From a candidate division FCPU426 bacterium (lineage in GTDB: Bacteria > Oederibacteriota > PGYV01 > Palsa-1178): DNA of 64,000 nt. The translations under genes and the position numbers were made by a program. Position 1 is the first letter of the stretch. Each line of letters begins with the position of its first letter. Under the pieces are notes generated by a model. The model searched no databases. It worked only from the letters and a program-made list of their open reading frames with translations, and was not told the origin of the DNA. Below, in pieces: positions 57,657-64,000 of this stretch. The stretch lies in assembly GCA_963840035.1 (NCBI GenBank), contig CAWIXE010000002.1:1024001-1088000 (forward strand). Reading direction: 5' to 3'.

Positions 57657-57914
57657 TTACTTTACCTTCAGGCGCTCCAACTTTACGTGAATGCCTTTTA
57701 ATCCTTTTAGCTTTTTGGCAAGTTTTTCCTGTTCCTTCTTTTCGCCTATAAGCTCCAGTATTAGAAGCCCGTAATTTGAGCACATGTCAGGCGACGCGTC
57801 ATGAATTCCCAGCCTTGTCTTAATAAGACACCCGAATTCAGTAAGTACTGCCTGGACTTTTACGGCATTCTCGTTCCTTGTGGAAATAAGCACCATCAAA
57901 ATTGTCTTTTCCAT
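57657..57914 (-). CDS. Small ACT-like protein (TM1266 / iron-only hydrogenase regulator-like)
   Basis: R...AVKVQAVLTEFGCLIKTRLGIH...GLLILEL. Confidence 0.7.
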   Translation of the reverse strand: MEKTILMVLISTRNENAVKVQAVLTEFGCLIKTRLGIHDASPDMCSNYGLLILELIGEKKEQEKLAKKLKGLKGIHVKLERLKVK

Positions 57915-58025
57915 AACTTTTACCACCTCCCATCCGTCTAAATTATATCATAAATCTTGACTTTAAGGTCAAAAGTGTTAAACTCTAACAATGTATTATT
58001 TAAGAATATACGGGAGGTTTACGAA

Positions 58026-58541
58026 GTGAAAAAACTCATTATTGTCCTAGTTGTGCTATTTTTGCCCCTGTCAATGCTGCTGGCAGTGCCTCTTTCCACC
58101 GAAACTTTTACCCCGACAACCACAGACACCTTTACTATTACACCAACAGATACGGTAACACCGACTTCAACAATGACCCATACAGTCAGCCCCACAATTA
58201 CGGCAACCCCTACAATATCGCCGACGTTCACCTGTTCACCGACACCGCAGCCAAAATTATTTGCATACCCGAACCCCGCTGCATTTACCGATAAGATCGC
58301 GGTTGCGTATCCCCTGGATAACGGCAAATTAGCTTCAAAAGTCACAATTGTCATATTTAACATGGGTGGCAACGAGGTTGCAACAATAGTGGATGATATT
58401 CCAGCCAATGAAAACGCGGGTTATACTTCATTTGACATTAAAAAACTTGCGCGCGGCACGTATATATACCGGATAACCATAAGATATGCTGACGGCTCGG
58501 AAGACCGCCTGCCGATCAAAAAATTCGCCGTGCTGAAATAA
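58026..58541 (+). CDS. Small exported protein: Thr-rich tract plus T9SS-type-A-like C-terminal sorting domain
   Basis: GGGAGG RBS then GTG 58026; signal peptide; TFTPTTTDTFTITPT...; AYPNP...IFNMGG...LARGTYIYRI...KFAVLK. Confidence 0.8.
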   Translation: MKKLIIVLVVLFLPLSMLLAVPLSTETFTPTTTDTFTITPTDTVTPTSTMTHTVSPTITATPTISPTFTCSPTPQPKLFAYPNPAAFTDKIAVAYPLDNGKLASKVTIVIFNMGGNEVATIVDDIPANENAGYTSFDIKKLARGTYIYRITIRYADGSEDRLPIKKFAVLK

Positions 58542-58552
58542 TGGGGGCTAAC

Positions 58553-59497
58553 ATGAAAAAACTTACTCTTTGGGCTTTGCTTTTGACATTAATTGCTTCG
58601 TTTTCATTCGCTTCAACTGCCGATTATAAAGACGGCTCCACCGTGAGCGCCCTTTACAGCCAGGTCGGCGTCGGCGCTGCCGGAGCGGGCATGGCAAACG
58701 CATATACGGGCGCGTGCAATGATTCCACATCGGTATTCTGGAACCCCGCGGGGCTCGCCTCGATGAAGAAAAACGAGAAGGACTGGAACATGTTCTTCGC
58801 GCATAACGTATGGCTAGCTGATTCAATGATAGATAACCTCAGCGTTGCAAAATCATTCAAAAACTACGGCGTTGTCGGACTTGGCGTCTCCTACTATAAC
58901 GCAGGCGGTATGGATTATTACGAGATAAGCTCATCCGGAGAGCCTGTTGACCTCAACAGAAAGTTCTCAGTATACTCAATCGGCGTGAACCTCGCCTATT
59001 CCAACGCGCTCGACAAGGATATTGACTTCGGCGTAACCCTCAAATACCTGCTGGATGTCATTGATAACGACGCCGCAAACGCCTTTTCATTTGACCTGGG
59101 GCTGCGTTATAACTTCCAGCCCTTAAAAGGCCTTTCGTTTAACCTTGTGGCACGCAACTTTGGAGGACAGTTAAGCGACTTTATCATGGCAAAAGGGCTG
59201 ACCCTCGGATTGTTATACTCGCTGCAGCTTGAAAACTGGAACGTGGCGGCCGCGTATGACATCGAAGGAAATGTCCGTTCCGCCGCGGTTCACAGAATCG
59301 GAATCGAAGTTAAGAGCCCGTATATGTTCACCCTTCGCTGCGGATATTTTACGTATGCCAACAGCAGCGTATCAGGCTTTAAGAACATATCAACCGGCAT
59401 AGGAATGAATCTTGATGACAAACACATTGATTTCGCCTACGAACCTTACGGCGATCTGGGAAATGTCTTCAAAGTATCCTTCGGTTCCAACTTCTAA
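58553..59497 (+). CDS. PorV/PorQ (FadL-like) outer-membrane barrel
   Basis: VGAAGAGMANAYTG...D...FWNPAGLA, H-x-x-WL, FDLGL, DFAY, C-terminal F. Confidence 0.85.
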   Translation: MKKLTLWALLLTLIASFSFASTADYKDGSTVSALYSQVGVGAAGAGMANAYTGACNDSTSVFWNPAGLASMKKNEKDWNMFFAHNVWLADSMIDNLSVAKSFKNYGVVGLGVSYYNAGGMDYYEISSSGEPVDLNRKFSVYSIGVNLAYSNALDKDIDFGVTLKYLLDVIDNDAANAFSFDLGLRYNFQPLKGLSFNLVARNFGGQLSDFIMAKGLTLGLLYSLQLENWNVAAAYDIEGNVRSAAVHRIGIEVKSPYMFTLRCGYFTYANSSVSGFKNISTGIGMNLDDKHIDFAYEPYGDLGNVFKVSFGSNF

Positions 59498-59512
59498 TAT
59501 AAATTATATAAT

Positions 59513-59543
59513 AAAAAAGGCGGGCTTTCAGCCCGCCTTTTTT
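59513..59543. terminator. Bidirectional intrinsic terminator
   Basis: aaaaaaggcgggc-tttca-gcccgcctttttt. Confidence 0.85.
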
Positions 59544-59585
59544 ATTATTAATACTGTTAACATGTTCTGTTTACAGTCTTAGGCT

Positions 59586-59700
59586 TGTCATTGCGAGGAG
59601 GCGTTTTTGTTATTTGCCGACGAAGCAATCTCGCTGCTCCAGAAGGAGAAAACGAGATTGCTTCGTCGCCATAAACAAACAGCGGCTCCTCGCAATGACA
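59586..59700. repeat. Palindromic miniature element (tgtcattgcgagg...cctcgcaatgaca, RPE-like)
   Basis: Terminal IR tgtcattgcgaggag / ctcctcgcaatgaca and inner IR cgacgaagcaatctcg / cgagattgcttcgtcg. Confidence 0.8.
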
Positions 59701-59745
59701 AACTATAAACGCACCTTCTTAACCCTACTTATTATTCATTATTAA

Positions 59746-61116
59746 TTATAGTTTTATTTTATATTCTTTTATCTTCCGCCACAGAGTCGACCTTGAAACG
59801 CCGAGCGCCTTGGCTACTTTTGTATGGTTCACTCCGTATCTGTCAAAAGCCTTCAGAATTGTGGATTTTTCAACCTCAGAAAGCTTGAGGTCCATATCCG
59901 CCGCCTGTTTTCCCCTGCCCTTTACCGGCGCGGTATCATGCGATTCGAGCTGGAAAAACGTCGATATATTATGCAGGTGGACCGGAAGGTCATCAATGCT
60001 TATTATATCGGCCGAGGTCATGGCAAAAGCGTGCTGGATGATGTTATCAAGCTCCCTTACATTGCCCGGATAATCATAATGCATGAGTATCGCTTTTGCC
60101 TTTGGGTCTATGCCAACGATGGACCTGCCTGACATTTTATTGTATTTTTCGATGAAAAAACGCAGCAGCAACGGCACATCCTCTTTGCGTTCTTTCAATG
60201 AGGGTATGTGGATGTGTATCACGTTCAGGCGGTAATACAGGTCCTCCCTGAATTTCTTTTCCTTAATAAGAGCCGAGAGTTCCTGATTCGTCGCGGCAAG
60301 GACCCTTATGTTCACATTACGGACTGATTCGTCGCCCAAACGGCGCAGTTCCTTGTATTCAAGTATGCGCAGCAGTTTAGACTGAAGGTTTAGCGACAGG
60401 TCCCCTATTTCATCGAGAAAAAGCGTGCCTGTATCCGCAAGTTCTATCAGGCCTTTCTTATCTGCCGTGGCGCCTGTAAACGCCCCTTTTTTATACCCGA
60501 ACAATTCCGACTCAAGCAGATTCTCAGGTATTGCCGCGCAGTTTACCGCAATAAAAGGCGAGCTTGCGCGCGCGGAGAGCTCATGTATGGCCCTTGATAT
60601 GAGTTCCTTGCCCGTGCCTGTCTCCCCGGTTATGAGTATGGAACTTTCGCTTTTCGCGACTTTCCTGGCGAGGGCCATGACTTTTTTTATCTTTTCACTT
60701 TTTCCTATGAACCTGGATTCGAAATATTCATCCTTGAGTTCATGCGGCACACTTTTCAGGTCCTTTTCAAGCTTATCAAGGATAAACAGAAGCTCGTGAA
60801 TATTTACAGGTTTTTGTATGTAAAGGAACCCGTCCTTCCTTGCCAGGTCTATGGACTTATCCAGTTTTTCCCTTGAGCTGGCCAGGATAACGCTTAAGTT
60901 AAGGTGCCTTTCCTTTATGAATTTTATAATATTAAGCTCAAGCTCCGGGATGATGTCTGTGTCAAGAATAAGTATTCTGAATTCCTGTTTGCTTATTTTG
61001 TCAAGGAGGGTGGATGAATCCGTGGCTATATACGGCGTGTCGCCCCTGTCTTCAAGGGCGTTATTTATCTTTATCGCGTCGTCCCTGTCTGTCAACGCTA
61101 TGAGTACTTTTGCCAT
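59746..61116 (-). CDS. Sigma-54-dependent (NtrC-family) regulator: receiver, AAA+ and Fis HTH
   Basis: GETGTGKE, ESELFG, GAFTGA, LFLDEIG, FREDLYYRL, LGVSRSTLWRK. Confidence 0.95.
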   Translation of the reverse strand: MAKVLIALTDRDDAIKINNALEDRGDTPYIATDSSTLLDKISKQEFRILILDTDIIPELELNIIKFIKERHLNLSVILASSREKLDKSIDLARKDGFLYIQKPVNIHELLFILDKLEKDLKSVPHELKDEYFESRFIGKSEKIKKVMALARKVAKSESSILITGETGTGKELISRAIHELSARASSPFIAVNCAAIPENLLESELFGYKKGAFTGATADKKGLIELADTGTLFLDEIGDLSLNLQSKLLRILEYKELRRLGDESVRNVNIRVLAATNQELSALIKEKKFREDLYYRLNVIHIHIPSLKERKEDVPLLLRFFIEKYNKMSGRSIVGIDPKAKAILMHYDYPGNVRELDNIIQHAFAMTSADIISIDDLPVHLHNISTFFQLESHDTAPVKGRGKQAADMDLKLSEVEKSTILKAFDRYGVNHTKVAKALGVSRSTLWRKIKEYKIKL

Positions 61117-63472
61117 TATCTTGATTCTCCTTCAGCTTATTAATCAAATCAGCAAGGCTTTTGTCCTGAGGAAACCTGATAACAGCCGCGTTCAGGTCCT
61201 TAATTGCCTCATCTAACCTGCCCAGCTTAAACAATGCTAAGGCCTTATATAATGACGTTACCGCGTCAGGCGTTTCATTTTCAGACCTCACAAAATAATC
61301 CAACGCTTTTTCAATATTCGATGTTTTAAAATGATACACACCCAGGTTTTTATAAATTATAGCATTTTTATAGTGTTTTTCAAGTAAAAAATCATAAATG
61401 ATACTGGCGCCTTCTAAATCACCGGCAAGCAGCTTTTCAGACGCCTTTAACAGGCCGAATTCCATTCGATCCCCTGCCGGTATTGAATTAATCACTTCAA
61501 TACCGCGCCTAGTTATTTCCGATTTATCACCCATGTAATCAGCTTTTAAAAAAGCACTTAACGCGCTGTCAAGCATGCCAAATTTGTAATAAAGCACCCC
61601 CAGACGCTGGTATGCAGCCGGTATATCCGCCCCTTTTTGGTCTGCCAGAATCAGGCATTTAATTTCATCATTATCGTCGGACATATTGCTGTAGCCTATC
61701 GACATATTGTAAAGTATATTTCCTTCCGGTTTGTCGCCCGGAAAAAGAAGAGCCTTTTTGTTGAGCATGACCGATTCTTTAAAGCGCGAAATACCAAGCA
61801 GAGAACCGGCCTCATTTACCATCGATACCGGATACCACGCCGCAAGGTCCCTGTTGTTTTTATTTAAAGAAGTAAAATCCTCGTAAACCCCCCTGTAGCT
61901 GTAAGCCTCAAAAATACGCGGATTAGACCCTGCTTTTAAATCGCGTGAAATATTCACGGCTATTCCATCCTGCCTCTGGCGGTAAACGTACTGGTCAAGG
62001 TTCAAGTTCACGGCAAAAAAATTGGACCTGTATACCGGCGATGACGAACTATAGTAATCAACCAGCTTTCTCAGGTTGACTGCCTGCTGGTTTGGCATCA
62101 GTTCGGGATGAACCGGATTGCGCGAGTAAAAACCATTAATGCCCCAATTAAAAATAAAAAATGACGCCGTGGCAAACCGCACATCGCTTCTTTTCTTTTC
62201 TATTTCCTGCAGGTAAAATATCGGCATTGCGTTATAGTCGCCGTCAGCAAGGTAAAGCGAGCCGGGTTTTAGCGTCAGCAGTATATTATTGCCGTAATCA
62301 TAAGAAAGGAAATCCCTGGAATTATTGTTTGACGGGTATGAAACAAAGAGCGCGGCAAAAGCCGCCGTCAAAAACAGCGTGAAAGCAGCGGCCTTTGCCG
62401 CCTGATTTTTTATGGAAGATACCAGCTTAAGCAATCCGGTGCCGGACAGCAGCAAAAGGGCAAGCTGTGCCGGCATAAGGAATATATCCATTATCCAGAG
62501 CAATTCCTTCTGGGTCCTGTTATAAAATACGACAAAGAAAACAATTAAAAGAACATATGCCGCCAGGACTTTTACATGTTTCGCCGACTTCCTATGCAGG
62601 ACAACACCGCCGAGAACGCTGAAAGCTATAAAAAACGAGCAATTTTTTACAATGAACGACAATAACTCATACACCTGATTTCTGTACAGCTCAAAAGAAG
62701 GGGCGGCCGCATACACATAACCTTTTCTGAGCACAACCCACATGAACCCCGCCCAGTCTGAAGGGTCTCCCCAGTTGAGTATAGGATGTGCTGCAGCCCT
62801 TATAGGCAGGTAAAGATATGCGCTTGCGCCCAATAGCATGAAAAAACACACAAATGCCCAGTCTGCCGGCTTCAGCCTTTTGTGGTACAAAACAGGAAAA
62901 TACAGCGCTACAGGCGCGAGTATTATCATGCTCGGCCAGTGATTTGCAAGGGATAAACCAAATATAAAAGCAGCCATGTAAAAATCGTTTTTTCTAAAAC
63001 GTTCAAGCAGGTTAAAAGATATATGCAGCAGCGCGGTAAAGAAGACAAGGTTGAGCATGTATATGCCGCCCTTTGCCTCTATAGCCTGGCTCCAGAACAC
63101 CCTTGAGAACGCAAGGGCCATGACAGTAAAAATCGCCGCTGCCTGTATTTGATATCCGGGCGCGCAGCCGCAGAGGACAGACACTTTCATTGACAGCCTG
63201 TAAAGCTGGAACAAAAGCAATAATGACAGCGCCAGGGCAAGCAGGTTTACCCTGAATGCCGGATTGCCGGTATTCAACAGCGTAAATATTTTTGACATCA
63301 TCGTGTAAAGCGGATAAGCCGGCGAATGGCCGATGCCCAGCGTCTGCCCTGCCACAACCGTTTCCGGCGAGTCGTTGTTCTTAAATACCGGGTGCATTGT
63401 GTTCAGATACAGCATGAATACAGCCGCGAAGGCCGCAACTGGAAAAAAAAGCCCGAGGATGCGTTTATCCAT
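61061..63472 (-). CDS. DUF2723 (TMEM260-like GT-C glycosyltransferase) membrane protein with C-terminal TPRs
   Basis: DSPE...LGIGHSPAYPLY, FWSQAIEAK, GLSLANH, YLYLPIRA...NWGDP, GDYN. Confidence 0.88.
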   Translation of the reverse strand: MDKRILGLFFPVAAFAAVFMLYLNTMHPVFKNNDSPETVVAGQTLGIGHSPAYPLYTMMSKIFTLLNTGNPAFRVNLLALALSLLLLFQLYRLSMKVSVLCGCAPGYQIQAAAIFTVMALAFSRVFWSQAIEAKGGIYMLNLVFFTALLHISFNLLERFRKNDFYMAAFIFGLSLANHWPSMIILAPVALYFPVLYHKRLKPADWAFVCFFMLLGASAYLYLPIRAAAHPILNWGDPSDWAGFMWVVLRKGYVYAAAPSFELYRNQVYELLSFIVKNCSFFIAFSVLGGVVLHRKSAKHVKVLAAYVLLIVFFVVFYNRTQKELLWIMDIFLMPAQLALLLLSGTGLLKLVSSIKNQAAKAAAFTLFLTAAFAALFVSYPSNNNSRDFLSYDYGNNILLTLKPGSLYLADGDYNAMPIFYLQEIEKKRSDVRFATASFFIFNWGINGFYSRNPVHPELMPNQQAVNLRKLVDYYSSSSPVYRSNFFAVNLNLDQYVYRQRQDGIAVNISRDLKAGSNPRIFEAYSYRGVYEDFTSLNKNNRDLAAWYPVSMVNEAGSLLGISRFKESVMLNKKALLFPGDKPEGNILYNMSIGYSNMSDDNDEIKCLILADQKGADIPAAYQRLGVLYYKFGMLDSALSAFLKADYMGDKSEITRRGIEVINSIPAGDRMEFGLLKASEKLLAGDLEGASIIYDFLLEKHYKNAIIYKNLGVYHFKTSNIEKALDYFVRSENETPDAVTSLYKALALFKLGRLDEAIKDLNAAVIRFPQDKSLADLINKLKENQDNGKSTHSVDRQGRRDKDK

Positions 63473-64000
63473 CAGTGCAGCTCCTGTTTCCGCAGCGTAT
63501 TTAACATGCCGTTAACTTCCCTGTTTTTACTGCCGTTCGCGGCGGCTTTTCCGAGATACAAAGACGCTTCCGCGTAATTTTTTCTGTCATACATTATTTT
63601 TCCCAGCCTTTCCAAAACCTGCGTATTCGAACCGTCTTTTTCCACCGTTCTTTTAAGGTATTTTTCCTCTTTAACAGCGTCTTTTAAATCCCTGTAAACG
63701 CACGCAAGCTTATATAAAACTTCATTTTCAGGTTTATCCCCGGGCATCAGAAGGCATTTATTATAAATGGAAGCGGCATAAAGCAGCTTTCCTTCTGCCG
63801 CGGCAGCGTCCGCCGTATTGATCATGGCCCAGAAATACCAGCTGATTGCCAGATAATTTTCCGGGTTATACCTGAAATACCTGTGGACGCCCCTGTATGA
63901 ATACATGTCAAACAGGAAAAGGTTCCTTATCCCGCCATAAGGAGTGAACCGCACAAGAATCCCTTCCGGCAGCTGATGTACCGGCACATAAACCGGCTTC
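63472..64000 (-). CDS. C-terminal TPR part of a probable second DUF2723/TPR paralogue (runs off window)
   Basis: MYSYRGV...WY...MIN...LLMPGDKPE parallels AYSYRGV...WY...MVN...LLFPGDKPE of the neighbouring gene. Confidence 0.75.
   Translation of the reverse strand, partial: KPVYVPVHQLPEGILVRFTPYGGIRNLFLFDMYSYRGVHRYFRYNPENYLAISWYFWAMINTADAAAAEGKLLYAASIYNKCLLMPGDKPENEVLYKLACVYRDLKDAVKEEKYLKRTVEKDGSNTQVLERLGKIMYDRKNYAEASLYLGKAAANGSKNREVNGMLNTLRKQELH

Noticed and set aside
1..64000. Alternative genetic code, prophage, transposase, tRNA or rRNA
   Set aside because: All three stop codons terminate conserved genes normally and no such signatures were seen by eye; a tRNAscan/Infernal run would be needed to exclude small RNAs

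Overview
Bacterial chromosomal window using the standard genetic code, with almost all genes on the minus strand. About 32 kb (14773-46647) is a flagellar hook-basal-body/export/motor cluster in Bacillota/spirochaete-like order: flgB flgC fliE fliF fliG fliH fliI fliJ | fliK flgD TIGR02530-like flgE | flbD motA motB fliL fliM fliY fliO fliP fliQ fliR flhB flhA flhF flhG PilZ fliA fapA, then a second FliK-like protein and an FlhB-C-terminal homologue. No che, flagellin, or P/L-ring genes are present in the window. The flanks carry housekeeping genes (prfB with its programmed +1 frameshift, an orphan pheT, zapA, murA, dusB, tsaD, ctpA) and an ECF sigma/anti-sigma pair. They also carry diderm envelope genes: a PorV-like barrel, Thr-rich proteins with T9SS-like C-terminal domains, and DUF2723/TPR glycosyltransferases. 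This mix suggests an uncultured diderm lineage rather than Bacillota (inference only). Main leads: (1) a shared GGC(C)UGGAC...GGA(G/GG)GCCU stem-loop in the leaders of both fliK and flgE; (2) a sigma-28-type promoter in front of a Thr-rich IgGFc-binding surface protein with a T9SS-like tail; (3) a PorV + CTD-cargo + DUF2723 neighbourhood; (4) single-base homopolymer frameshifts in fliO and the IgGFc gene, either phase variation or sequencing error; (5) an anti-sigma factor carrying a YbbC/YhhH-like C-terminal domain; (6) many REP/palindromic and 7-9-mer intergenic repeats. No rRNA, tRNA, CRISPR array or transposase was seen.
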